64,000 nt of DNA from Lepidodermella squamata (taxonomy: Eukaryota > Animalia > Gastrotricha), in NCBI GenBank assembly GCA_047495785.1, contig JBLDXI010000011.1, positions 682,001 to 746,000 on the forward strand, in the 5' to 3' direction. Below are positions 1 through 13,258 of the stretch, piece by piece (position 1 is the first letter of the stretch; every line of letters begins with the position of its first letter). Both the position numbers and the translations under genes were made by a program. Below the pieces are notes generated by a model. It ran no database searches and was not told the origin of the DNA. It saw only the letters and a list, made by a program, of their open reading frames with translations.

Positions 1-1409
1 CCTTAAAACCTATAAAACCTAATTTTTCATAAATAAATAGGGAATATTTAATTCATCGAATGCTGAATGCTCATCAGCATGAATCAGCATGATGATGCTG
101 AATGCTCATCGAATTTTTGAATGCTCGGGGTGTATCCAAGGGGTTGTTTTTTAGTAATTCCAGGTTATTCCCATGGAAAATTCTGTCGCGAAATCCACAT
201 TCTTCGCTCGTTTCGCTCGCGTATTGGCATCTTTCTTCCCCACGTTAAATGGCCGAAGGAGAATTATAAGGAGAATTACAAGTCTATGCTATTCTCAGTA
301 TTTTTTAATACGACTTAATACGAATAACATTATATCCCATATGGAGCATAAAAAATCGGGGGAATTATAAATGGAAAATGTTTGAATTTGTGAAAGCAAG
401 AAAAGACGATGAATGACATAAGCAAATGCAAATGAACATAAATAAATATGCGAGCAAACGCGCAACGTTCGCGAGAACTTTTTCGGAAGGAAAACCCAAT
501 CCCCCCCTCGGCAAAAATCCTACTTTCTACGCTGCCCCCCGGTCTCTCCCTTAAAAATTCTCGAAAAAGCAGCGTTTTGGTCTACTTTGAAGTGCTGCCC
601 TGCAATAACCGTAGCAGATATACACGCGGTTCAACTCGGCGAATTCAAGCTTATACTTTTCGGATGAAGTAGCCAGAAAGGCACGCCCATCTATAGAGTG
701 GTTTTCGCGTGGCATTCACTCAAGGTAGCAACTGATAGGGATCGTGGAAACGCGTGTACATCATCGCATACGATCCGAAAACGAAGGTTACCATCATTTT
801 TTATCCGACGATCAGGATCGAGAACTCAGCAACGCAGTATCTGATGGACTTGCATATTATAAAAACTCGAATCAATTGACTTCAGCGGAGTAGTCGTCGG
901 TGGCGCGGAACTGTAACGCGTGGTCTTATTGAACTTTGTAACAAACTTAACCTGAATAAATCTTTGTTGATATTGTTCTTTCCCTGGTTATTCTGAGTTC
1001 TCAACTTTATGCGTCATAGGGCAAGCAGTTGGAATTTATTTCCCATAATATGCGTTTTTCCCATAAAACATGACTTTCTCTTCTTTTATGTATTAAAGTT
1101 TCTCTGTACCCCTTTCCGTGTATTTTCCTTGTTTTTGTTACTTATGGGACACGCTGTTCAAGTCTTTAATTTCATATGGCTCCTATTTGTGTTGAAACCA
1201 CAGTTCCATCATCACTAATCACTTTAAGATTATTCGAAGTTGGCTAGTATGAAAACGGAATTGTACATCGCGCAATCGCTAACAAGAATCTAAATAAAAA
1301 GTTCTTTCGGTTTGGTAGGTGTTATAATCGATTTTTATTTTATTTTGAGCAATAATATTTCACAGATTATTAGGATCAAGTTCGATTCGAGCTTAGCGAA
1401 TTCCAGCGA

Positions 1410-4400
1410 TTAGCCTCTCGAACATTTCTGGGTAGTTATCGAGCTGTCTGGAAGCGAACTTGCTGGGGCTGGAGAGTAAGTAAGAACAGCTGGCGGTGCA
1501 GGCGATACAACCTGCCTGCAGCATTCGAAAAAATTCGATCCGCCCTAGAAAAATGGAGTAATTGCAGTTAAGTGGCGATGGCAGATGAGCTTCTTATCCG
1601 CACTAAGTGTATTTTTATGGAAATGTCCTTATCGAAATTCCCAGGAATAGTTTGGCAAAAAGCTGGCTTTATCGATAGAGTCGACTTAATTAGAAAGACA
1701 GCTTCGAAAATAACCCTCATAGCCATGATTGGCATAATGAGCGTGAAATCGTCAAGGAATAACTATAAAATGAGCGATGACGAAACGACCTCATCCAGCA
1801 GACAGTGTTCCGATTTTTGCCCACTGGACCACGCTCAGTGACAGACACACAAAAAGGAATCCTTAACATAATGACCGTTGAGTCAAGTATAATTCAAGTA
1901 TAAAAATCAGCGTACACTTTCAAGATCTTGTGGAACCGACCAGGTTTAGGGATTTGAGTTGAAAATTCGCAATTTTTGTTCTTTTAAATCGAATAGCCAA
2001 CAGTTCCGATTTTCATTAGATCAATTTTCAATGATCTGGAATTTGTCCGTAGGGAAGTTAGAAGGAGACCTAAAATTCCTTCCTATTAAGAAAAAAACTA
2101 GCTTCGAGATGCTCACTTTTCTTATTTTCAGAGACGATGCGCGATAAATCGGCCTGCTCGCATTCTGTTTTACTTGGTTATTTTTTGTTATCCTTTTTTA
2201 GCAATATAAAAGACCTTACTCTCTAGAACAGCATCGAAGACTTTAATAGCCTTTTAGTTTTAGGGCATTTTTGCAGTGAGTAATAACTAGTTTCGCGAAC
2301 TGCGAACCAATGGACAGCAGCTTAGCGAAAAAATCGAAAAAATCACAATTTATTCCAAAGTCGCGCACACTTTTTCGCAATTTCTTTCCTGTGGCAGACA
2401 CTTTCTAGTGACAAAAAAGGAGGAATGTCATCAAAAAACAGACTAAAAAGACTGGAGAGCCAATCTCGAACACTCGCCAGTTTATGATGCGGTCGGACGC
2501 CCTTTCCGGTGAATCAATCACACTCAAATATCAATATCAAAGTGCTGTGAGAGACAAGTGCTGATTTTATCACGTATCACGACTTACCGAGTAAGAGAGA
2601 GATGCTGCTACTGCATCGCCGTCTTCGCAGGAGTAAGGCATGTTGATGCAATAAACACCACTCGCTCCGGTGCAAACTTTGAACGGCGAATAATCAGGTC
2701 CACCGATGCATGCCATGACATACTGTGAATTTATTGTGTACAACATATCTGTCCGTTGACTCGCCATAGTACCCAGATTTCCAGTTGAACAGCAAGTAGT
2801 ATAACCGCTGATGCCGCTGATAGTGTAGTTCTTCACGATCTTAAAAAGATTGAAAAGACAGTTCAGAAAACGTCGCAACGAATCTTGGTACATAATAATG
2901 AACACAATTGGAATGTATGGTATACCAGCGATGATGTATGGTACACAACCAAATAGCCAATTGGAAAGGGAGTGCGGCATTTTTACCCGAGACACCTTGG
3001 CCCAACACCTAACGTAACATTTCGACCGAACGATATGTGTTGATCGCGACCTACGACACGCTGCACCAATCGTCATCTTGACCCAACTATTCCAATAATA
3101 ATCTATTTGTGACGGCTATTTGACCCATAGTAAGGTATCAGAATCGAAAATGAAGATTGAAATTTAAATTTTACAGTGATCATGTTACAGAGATCTCTTG
3201 AATTAACTTTTCAATTTCGTTTAGAGTGTATTTTTCTCTAATTTTGAAATTGTTCTCATCAAGAAATCGCATCAATCTTCTATTCAAGATATCTCAGCTA
3301 TTCTGAAGTATTTGAATACACATTTTGGTTCCAAACATCGTTTGGAGTCGAGGTGTCCCGGATTTTAAATAAAATATATTAAAATACAATTATCTAGGGG
3401 TTAATCTTTTTCTCATCTGTTGGATAAGGCACCCAAAACATAAATTAGGCAAATTGAGGTGGAACTTGACGGGAATATTCCAGAACCTTCAGAGCACGGT
3501 ATCTTCGAGGAATAATTACAACTTTAAAGGGAAAGTACCGTAATCCGGTACAACTTTGAACATCAACGTCCACGAAAACTAAAATGTGCTATATGCTATT
3601 ATGTGCTATTATGTGTGTAAATTCAACAGATGCGATTTTGATCGGGTTTTCAACCCCGTTCGACTGGGGCCGTCTTCCGTAATATCCTGATATTTATCAT
3701 TCTTCAAAACTCGTAAGCATAAGGATTTGGCCGAGGGCACCCCAAAAGTTTCAAGTCGACTAAACGAATGTCTTCACCGATGAGGCGTATCTGGACTACG
3801 TTACTAAGGGATTACCAAGGAATACCTGAGGGATCTAAGTAAGAAACATCAAAAGCTGGGAAGAGAGTGACTTCGCACTTGGACCTCGGACTCAGGTCAA
3901 AGATAGAGGCTCACAGATGGATATGGTGTCAGTAATCTTCGATGGCTTGGCCAAACTCGCTCGGGGTTCAAGATCGGGGGAAAATTATATTTCTCCATGG
4001 TTAGCCATAGAATATTCCCTTATTGTGTATGGTTACAGAAGTCCCTGTCTGCGCCGACTGGAATAATTATGCTGCGCCACAATCTGCTAACACCTATGTC
4101 TGGTAATTACAGCTCTACACTTTGCACCTCTTACAGCTAGCGCGACCTAAGAACAGGAGCTATAAGATCAATTTTCCACTTTTGAAGTGATACCTAAATG
4201 GCACGTGTAGGAAATGTATGTTGAATGATATTATATTCTCTGTGCCTATAGCGCAACCCGGCCGACGACCTAGTTCCATCGTTTCCCTATTTGTCCACCA
4301 ATTGTCAATCGTCCTACAGTATATGTATAATGGCAACAGTAATGCTCTAGCGTAAAAGTTACGATTCAAGCCTATTTACACTTCCGCCCAATGCACATGT

Positions 4401-4712
4401 GCCGAGAGTTGTGCAGTAGCGAATCGTCTGCTGGACCGTTGTATCGCCCTTGGTTTTTACGGAGCAGACGCTAAATTGCGATGTCAAACATTTCTGCGTC
4501 GAACCACACGGCCCGCTAGCCGCGCACACGGTGCCTGCTGGGCAGAAGGCGCTCGAAGGTAAGTCGCTAGTTTTCGTACACGTCTGGCCAATCGGGCATG
4601 TAGCTGGCGGGCAAATGAAATAAACTGATGGGCTAGGCGGTGGTGCAACTGACGGACATGCCTCGCCAACTGTGGCAAGAAGCAACACGGTGACTACAAT
4701 GTTTTTTAACAT
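1410..4712 (-). CDS. Gene A: secreted Cys-rich protein, alpha class, 3 exons (4712-4380, 2839-2588, 1544-1410)
   Basis: Exon 1 gives signal peptide MLKNIVVTVLLLATVGEA, then CP... to RYCTTLGTCALGGS|gtaaat. Exon 2 is tttaag|IVKNY..CC..MACIGGPDYSPFKVCTGASGVYCINMPYSC..SYS|gtaagt. Exon 3 is ttctag|GGSNFFECCRQVV...QKCSRG*. All introns are phase 0. Confidence 0.85.
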
Positions 4713-5526
4713 CTAAAACAAACTGCAAGTGCACAATTGAATATCTTTCAATATATGACATGCGATTCAGGCCTCATCAGACCTCCTTTACCATGAAACA
4801 GGAATTTCGACAGGAGGTGATAGAAATAGCAGGCATGGGATGGAATGAAAAATCCTATTCAACTTTTGCGGCCTGAATTCACGTTTTGCTTGTGAATCAT
4901 GGGCTTGATCATCACGTTTTTCAATGCGCATTACATAACTTAAAGATCATACTGGATTCAAATCGAGATTCAAAGAGCGCGTGCGAGCTCGATAATGTTA
5001 GCAAAAAGCGAGAATTCATGCATTTTTTCCCTATAAGCATTTCTTTTTCACGATTCTTAGCATGCCGACTCCTCTCACGTTTGCAGCGCATCCTTCCCGA
5101 TAATCGCAAACTGCCATTTGCACCTAGGGAAGAAACTTTCGTTTGGAAGTAAAGCGGGAACGTGATTATAAGACAATTAGGAATTAGGTCGAGGATTTTT
5201 TGAGTAAAATAACAGTTTTCAACTCTTTTAAGAAATAGGGATGCCGCCTCTCAATCTAGTTCGATTGTAATATCACAGAACTGGAAATTCCCCTTTCTCG
5301 GACCAATCTCGGACCAAATATGCAACATCACATAGTATCATTCTACTCATACGGTTTTGCTGCCTTCCCGCTGGATATTCATTGCAAAATTGCGCGATCA
5401 ATATAAGGATTTAATTATCCCACTAATATATATTTGATTCGAATTGAAAAATTCTAACATTAAAATGTTCCTAATAACAGCTCAAATGAAAAATTACGTG
5501 GAGTAATTTATGAAGAAAGAATTTAC

Positions 5527-5886
5527 AATTCCGCCAAGTCCACATGTTCCTGACGTCGTGCAGTAACGCACTGTTTTCCGATCAGGGGCACTGCCTTTGG
5601 TTGTTACTTCACATAGCGAGAATGTGGCGGGTACTGTTGCAGAGTACGGCGGGCCGCAAGTTTGGGGCGGTGGGCAGTAGGCACACGTCGCACATGCAGC
5701 GCAAGACTGGCCGGGTGGACAAACGGGTGGTGCAGGAGTCGCCGGGCTTTGGCAGGTCGTACCGGAGGGGCACTCTATTGGTGGGCACTGAATGCTTACG
5801 CTGATGCTTGGTGCAGGCGAGGCACTTGGACACGCGAGGGTAACAATGCCAAAGCTAGCCAATGACATTAAAATCTTGAATATCAT
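5527..5886 (-). CDS. A': extra alpha-class first exon with no exons 2-3 of its own (alternative first exon of A, or orphan)
   Basis: Open frame MIFKILMSLASFGIVTLA-CP...RYCTTSGTCGLGGI|gtaaat with a phase-0 donor. No exon 2/3 homologue lies between it and gene A exon 1. Confidence 0.7.
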
Positions 5887-7007
5887 ATTTTCTATACATT
5901 CCAATTAAATCAAAAGATGATTCCGAATTTTGGATTACAAATCTGGACCTGCCACGGGATAAGAAATGTTATAAGTTCGGAGATAAGAGATATTCGCTCT
6001 TTGCAGTGGAAATACAGATAACCACCGAAAAGTATGCAATATCATTTTTCTTAGTTTCAATTTTTCAAATACTTTTTTTTTAATTTTTTAATTCAAAAGG
6101 GGAATATAACAGTTACTATTATTATTTGATAGTAATACTACATGAAGTTTAGATGAAAGTTGAAGTGGAGCAAAAAATGGGACAAACTTATGGGACGTGA
6201 TACAAGTTTGAAACGTTTGGCAAGAGTAATCTTCTTGGGTAGTAAATCTTATGTTGAAGCTGTATTTTCAACTGAAACATGTTGTAAAGCTAGACAACTT
6301 TGGCCAAAAAAAGATGTCGCAACAAATGCAGACAATAGACTGCTCAACTCAACTCAGCTCATGCATTTTCAATGTGTCAAGCCACATGCTGAGTAGTTTT
6401 CTTTATTAGCTCCGTCTTATATCGCTACAGCGATTCATTGTTGAAGATGCTGACAAACAATAGTATGCCCGATGCCCGATTATCAACATGCGGACTAGTG
6501 AAACATATTTGGAACCTGTTTCTTTGGCTGTTTTTAACAAAAAACAGAAGCCAGAAGCTCAAAACCCGGAGTAGATGATCCCCCCTTCCCCTCCACCAAA
6601 AAAAATTCGAATGCCAAATTTTCTGTACTTTTTTATCTACAACAAAAGCGACATTCTATTCAAACGTCCTGTGTTCACCTGGCCTCAAATTAACACATTC
6701 TCGGTATAATTTTGAAGGGGAAATTACGAAAAACTTCGACATTACGTTTCACACAGCATTCAGTTTTCGCTGTATCTAAGCTTTCAATTATAGCTATTCA
6801 TTAATCCTTGAAACCTTCGATAACAGAATTGCATATTTCAATTCAATAGTAGCCATTTTGGGGGTGGGTTAAGGGCGGGTTGAGGGTGGCTAGATACACC
6901 CATGTGCCATTGTAAAGCTTTGATACCAATAAACAAACACATATATACATCAGTGTTGTTTAGCTGCAACCATTCTGTTACGTTTTTCGTTAACCTTAAC
7001 AAATAGA

Positions 7008-8607
7008 ATGATGCGTTATTTATTACTTGGATTGCTGATGTTTCTCAACGGTCGACTGCGGCGTTGGCGCGTTGCGTGCTGCCCTGTTACCACCTACTTC
7101 ACCCCAACATTCGTTTGCCCACCGTCTGATTGCCCGCTTGGCAAGGAGTGCCGCGCAATCTCGGCCTGCGCGTCAGGGCAGTCTTGTTATCGACAAGCTG
7201 ATTGTCCAAATGGTTACCAAGTTTGCGGAGTCGGAAACATGGTGGCTTTCTCTATTTTTTTCTTCTGTATAGCGCAGCTACTTCACTCATGTAGTCCTGG
7301 CCTTTAATGACTCAAGGATAAGATGAGACGCATGCCAAGAAAAGGGCCGATACTTTTTTAATTTCCTCTTATAAGGGCAACGGCTATTTGGCAGCCTGGA
7401 ACAATATCGGCCCTTTTCTTGGCATGCGTCTCAGATAAAGTTGAGATGTGAAAGTTGAACAGATTCTGGGCAAAGTTAGCTAGGTTAGGTTAGCAAGAAA
7501 GGTTAGAATTTCCTAAAAGCATTTTCCCTCATATCTTAGGCACGTCTTGCAACTTCAATCAGCCAACTCTAAATCGTGCGATGAATAACAGTTTTGAAAT
7601 GCCACTTTGGAATCTTTTGAACATGGTGTTAAACTTGCAGCTAGCCTAATTAATAGGGTTTAGGATTTAGGTCACAAAATTCAATTGCGGCGTTATTGCA
7701 GCCCGAACTCGCAACCGTTTGTGAGCATTTCGGACTAATGAAGATTCCCCGTCTCTAAATTTACCGATCCTCATTTAGTATCCAAAAATACTAATAAGGC
7801 ACCATGGCCAAATTAGCCAGAGATGACTAATGACTAACTTTATTGCGAGATTTTTTTATAGTCTCCGATTCCGCCATCGCTATAGCTATTCCTGCGAATT
7901 TTATTTGTTTTGTAGATTTATACGGTATGCCAAGTCGATACAAAAGGTGGCGCAGGAGTCGCACTGACCGGATCGAACGGCCTAAAGTACTGCTCATCAG
8001 GCGGTTATTGTGCCTTGGCAGGAACGGTAAGCGGAGTTGATCTCTGCAAAGGTTATAACAGGATGCATGAGGACATTGATTAAGAAACGTTGAACTGTGT
8101 CCTGACGTATCATAACGAAAAGCCTTGTAATGTTGTACTTATTGTTGGTTGCAGGCTATCCCCAGCCTTGCGTTCAGTTCTCTCGCGGCGTGCTGCACAT
8201 CAATTGGCGCATCGGCCAACGACGTCTTTGACTATACCAATCAATATTACAATAGTTTTAATGGTGGGTACCTAAAAGCCTGCTTCGCTGCTCAGGATGC
8301 GCAGCCATACAAAGCATGCAGATCCGCGCTAGCTGGTAGCACTTACTGCCTGCGATTTCCCCACTCCTGTGAGGAAGCTGACGATATTGACACGGACGGG
8401 GTAAGCGAGAGCTAAATTGCTCACACAGATTCATAATGATTTCCCAATATTATGCAGACTAATTTTGTGACTGGAACGGCGAGATACGGCGCAACGTTCG
8501 CCGAGTGCTGCGAGCAATTGAAGACAAGGCCGCCAAGGATGACAAATACAACAGGCCCGCTTGCCAGCACTGCTGTGAATTTTAAGATAGAAAAATGTAG
8601 CGGATGA
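7008..8607 (+). CDS. Gene B1: secreted Cys-rich protein, beta class, 4 exons (7008-7241, 7916-8026, 8155-8400, 8458-8607)
   Basis: Exon 2 is IYTVCQVDTKGGAGVALTGSNGLKYCSSGGYCALAGT; exon 3 is AIPSLAF..CC..YLKACFAAQD..IDTDG; exon 4 is TNFVTG..FAECCEQLKTRP..EKCSG*. Collinear with B2. The exon-1 donor (gtggct) is weak and was placed by homology with B2 (gtaact). Confidence 0.85.
7324..7433. mobile_element. Small (~110 bp) MITE in B1 intron 1
   Basis: Terminal inverted repeat TGAGACGCATGCCAAGAAAAGGGCCGATA; absent from the paralogous B2 intron (~37970). Confidence 0.7.
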
Positions 8608-8732
8608 AATTTCCTTATTCGAAAACAGCATTGCGCTGTATTCGCTGATAAGCTCTGAGGTGCATTGCAACTTAAATGAATAAATCCTTTGGTTCTGAAA
8701 GGTTGATTTTCTGGATGTCCGGCTTAAAGAAT
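8580..8732 (+). repeat. 153-bp direct repeat, left copy, flanking the Helitron
   Basis: Identical by eye to 13259-13411 (TTTTAAGATAGAAAAATGTAGC...GGCTTAAAGAAT). Contains the last codons, stop codon and AATAAA of gene B1. Confidence 0.95.
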
Positions 8733-11700
8733 GTCAACACTGTCAAGATTGTGATGCTCGACTATTCGTTCAAGAAAAAGTGGCCGGGACGAATACAAAC
8801 CCGATTTTTTCCATGTGTTGTGGAAGAGGAAAGTTCGACCTACCCGAAATTCAACAACCAGATTTCGATCTCATGCGTCTTCTCACATCTACTCATGAAT
8901 CTGCTGTTACATTCCGACAGTTTATTCGAGCCTACAACAATAATTTCGCATTCACTTCAATAGGCATGCTACTTGATCACAGTGTTGCTAACGGACGAAG
9001 CGGGCATTTCAATTTTCGCGTCCACGGCGAGATGCGACATTTATATGGTGCTTTGGAACCTGAAGACGGCATACCCAAATTTGCTCAGCTCTACATTTAT
9101 GATCCCGACAATGAGATCAACAACCGCCTCACCCACATGCCGGACCTCAATCCAGTCATTGTATCTACCCTGAGGGAAATGATGCATCAATCCAACCCTT
9201 TCGTTCACATTTACAAATACGCCGCCGAATTGTTAAAGAGCACGGAAAACATCGCCGTGATGCTGAAAACTGATCGAAACGTCGATCGTCGTCGTTATAA
9301 TTTACCTAACGCGAAAGAACTGGCAGTAATTCTCCCAGGTGCTGATTGGGACCCAGAGGCGAAATGTCGTGATATTGTTCTTCGCCTCCGTGGTGGTCCT
9401 TTGAGTCGTATCAACGAGCGAAATGCTAATTACGATCCTCTCCGCTATCCTCTTATGTTTCCGCGAGGAGACCTGGGTTACACCGACGAAATACCGATCA
9501 ACGCAGGCTACCGTGGCAGCCATATTACAGCAATGGAGTTCTACGCTTATCGCCTAATGATGAGGGAAGGCAGCTATCTGCAACTATACGGCCGGCTTTT
9601 CCAGGAGTATATCGTCGATGCCTGGGTCAAAATTGAAACCCAGCGGTTGAACTTTCTTAAATATAATCAAAATGTTTTGCGGGCGGATCTATACCAAGGC
9701 TTCGCCGATGCTGTCGCTGAAGGTGACCGCGATCTCAATCGTGTTGGTCAACTCACCGTTTTACCCTCTTCTTTCATTGGATCGCCGCGTTTTATGCAGC
9801 AAACGTACCAAGACGCCATGGCTTTGGTCCGCAGTTTCGGTCATCCGGGGTTTTTCGTCACTATGACCTGTAACCCCGCATGGCCCGAAATAGAAGCTGA
9901 ACTTCATCGCGAAAACGGGGTCCTAACCCAGACTGCCTCAGATCGCCCTGATTTATGCGCCCGTGTCTTCCGCCTTAAGTTTCGAGAACTGATGGACGAC
10001 TTGACTAAGCGACAAATCCTAGGACGAGTTGCTGCTCACATTCACGTCATTGAGTTCCAGGTAAATTTAGTTCGATCCGCGTTAAGGCTAATAATAATCT
10101 ATTTTCTGTTTTATAGAAACGAGGTCTTCCTCACGCCCACATTCTGTTAATTATGGCTCCTGAAGACAACCCTCTTACACCGGAAGAAGTTGACAAGGCT
10201 ATCTGGGCGGAAATTCCTGATCCGATTACTCATCCACGGCTTCATTCTATCGTCACTAAATCAATGATGCATGGCCCATGTGACTCTCGATGCATGGAGA
10301 ACGGCAAATGTACAAAAGACTTCCCCAAACCTTTCGTCGAAAATACAAACTGCACCCGAGACGGCTATCCTAATTATCAGCGACGGAATGATGGTCGTAC
10401 CTTCAAAACTCGAAGTGGCATCGAACTAGATAACCGCTGGGTTGTACCCTATAACCCGTATCTGTCTCTGAAGTACGGCTGTCATATCAACGTGGAAGTT
10501 TGCAGTGGTATTCGCGCGGTCAAATACCTCTACAAATACGTATACAAAGGTCATGATCGGATATTGATGTACCTGCGAGATCCAACCTTGCCAATCGATG
10601 AAATAGCAAATTATCGTGATGCTCGATACGTTTCAACGTCTGAGGCCAGTTGGCGGCTGTTCGGTTTCTCTCTGCATAAAGAATTTCCGGCCATTTGTCG
10701 TCTCGACCTCCATCTGCCTAACCAGCAACGAGTCGTATTTGACCCGAATAATGGTACACCTGATCTCGCCACGCTGGGCCGTACTAAACTGACTGCTTTC
10801 TTCGAAATCTGTCAGAATGATCAATTAGCTCGAACTCTAACTTACCCCGAAATCTGCCGCGACTTCACCTGGCACCCGAAGGGAAGGAAATGGGGACCTC
10901 GACTAAAGGGACGCGGATGTGTTGGTCGTGTTTACACCTGCTCCCCTAATCACGAAAATTATTTTTTGCGACTTCTTTTACACGTCGTCAAAGGCCCCAC
11001 TTCGTTCGAATCATTGAGAACTGTTGCGGGAACTGTTCATCCAACTTTCATCGCCGCGTGCCGTGCTCGAGGCCTGGTAGAAAATGATGATGAAGTAGAA
11101 CATAGCCTTTTAGAGGCAGTGCAATTCCAGATGCCGGTTCAACTTCGGAAGCTGTTTGCCATGCATCTCATCTACTCGAATCCGCCTAATCCGCATCTGC
11201 TGTGGCAACAATTTGAAACCCAATTTTGCGAAGATTTCATGCACAGCGAGGGCCTAACTCATGTCACCGACCGCATGCGAAACCGTGCGCTTGCTCAGAT
11301 CGAAATCAGTCTTAACTATCATAGCAAGTCGTTGTCCGATTTCCCTCAAATGCCCCTTGCTGCTGCCGAGGAACAAATGTTTGAGTTAATTCGAGAGGAA
11401 ACCGACTACGACCGAGAGCAATTGAAGGCTTTTGTCCTGGAAAAGACGCCCTTACTGAATGAAGATCAAAAGACGGCGAAAGAAGAAATCGAGAACGCTG
11501 TTTTCAACAACGAGCCGGGTGTTTTCATGCTACAAGATCATGGAGGCTGTGGCAAAACCTATTTATTCAATCTGCTACTTGCCTCCGTTCGATCTCGAGG
11601 GGAAATCGCATTAGCCTGTGCCTCATCAGGTATCGCTGCTCTGCTGTTAACTGGAGGTCGAACGGCTCATTTCCGGTTCAAAATCCCAATCAACATCCAC

Positions 11701-12843
11701 GAGGGATCAACTTGCTCAATATCAGCTCAATCGGCATTGGCTGAATTGATTCGACGTGCGAAATTACTTATCTGGGACGAAGGCCCGATGATGAGCCGAT
11801 ACACGTTTGAAGCCGTCAATCGAACGTTGAAGGATATCCGTCAAAATCAATCCTTATTCGGAGGTCTCACAGTTGTCATCGGCGGAGATTTCCGCCAGTG
11901 CCTACCTGTTGTTCCCAAGGGCGGCCGCCATCGCATCGTGGAACAGTCCCTCTCTCGGTCTAATTTCTGGCCTCAAGTCCGAAAGCTCACTCTCTCGAAG
12001 AACATGCGAGTTATTGACGATCCTGCTGTAGCGGGCTTTCCCGAATGGCTACTGCGAGTCGGTGATGGATTAGCCGAAGGGCCGGCCGAATTAGGTCAAG
12101 ATTTAGTGACCCTTCCAGAGCCTATTAACAACGTCGAAAACTTGAACGACCTGATTTCTGCTATTTACGGTGACTTGCCTACCCGTTATCACGAGACGAA
12201 ATACTTAGCCGAACGCTGTCTATTAGCAACTCGAAACGACGAGGTCGATTTGTTGAACGAGCGCATCTTGAAGGATCTGCCTCAGAAGGAGTTGGTTTAC
12301 TTGAGCGCCGATTCGGTTGATAATCCTAATCTACGGCAATTCTATCCCACCGAGCTGCTCAATACCTTCACGCCACCCAGCCTTCCGCCGCACAAGTTGG
12401 TTCTGAAAGTCGGTGCTCCCATCATTCTCTTGAGAAATCTTGACCCGGCATCAGGTTTATGCAATGGAACTAGACTATCTGTTCAGCGATTACGACATAA
12501 CGTTATCGAAGGCAAGATTCTTACTGGGAGCTTTGCTGGAACAATTGCTCAGATTCCACGCATTCCTCTCATTGCTGATCAAGATGGTACACCTGTTGTC
12601 ATTCGTCGAAGGCAGTTTCCCGTCCGATTAGCCTTCAGCTGCTCAATCAACAAAAGCCAGGGTCAGACCTTCCATTTTGTTGGCCTGTCTCTCAAGCAGC
12701 GCGAGGCGTTTTCACACGGTCAGCTTTATGTCGCCCTTTCGCGTGTGACCGACCCCCGAAATTTATATTGCTATGTACGACATTGGGAAGAGAGAAATAT
12801 ATTTTATACCAAAAACATCGTTTACCGTGAGGTGTTTCTGTGA
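8733..12843 (+). CDS. Helitron Rep/PIF1-helicase (RepHel), N-terminally truncated, one intron at 10061-10116
   Basis: Zn-finger-like CQDCDA..MCCGRGK; Rep motif 1 FVTMTCNPAW; HUH motif EFQ|KRGLPHAH rebuilt across a GT-AG intron; motif 3 KYLYKYVYKG; helicase motifs HGGCGKT, IWDE, GDFRQ, CNGTR, SINKSQGQT, HGQLYVALSRV. Confidence 0.95.
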
Positions 12844-13258
12844 TCTTTCCTCGATATTTTAAATGAAATGTGCTTATAGAAAAATGTGATCTCCGTGTTA
12901 TCTTCTTGCAATAAAATGCATATTTTGCTACGAACACTTTCAGAAATCTAGCTTAATTCGTCATCCATTATTATGTTTACTATTTCGTAGAGGGAAATTA
13001 GGCTGTTTTATTTTGTGTTTGACTCCTTCTTTTAAATTTCTCTTGGCAACAAGTGATGATGGCAAATTGTGTTAGATTACTGTGAGTGTTACCAGATCTG
13101 ATTTTAAATGGTCGCTATTTTCTTATAATGTATATTGCTATTTACATTTCATATTTCCGGCGATGTTTAATGCTTTTATAATAAATGAATTTAATTTGTC
13201 AAACTCGACTTTTTATTAGCGACTATATAGTAATAGATACGAGGCCCGTCTTTTCTAG
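8733..13258 (+). mobile_element. Helitron, 5'-truncated
   Basis: RepHel ORF; 3' end ...GAGGCCCGTCTTTTCTAG followed by T (canonical CTRR end; host A|T target at 8579/8580). No 5' TC end: the element starts inside the ORF. Confidence 0.92.

Noticed and set aside
121-2147. Short plus-strand ORFs in the ORF track
   Set aside because: No motifs; they overlap a MITE fragment (541-706) or lie antisense to gene A.
6860-6886. G-quadruplex-like run of five G-tracts upstream of B1
   Set aside because: Not conserved upstream of B2 or in other pair spacers; no evidence of function.
10061-10153. Apparent frameshift between two Helitron ORFs
   Set aside because: Explained by a 56-nt GT-AG intron that restores the HUH motif.
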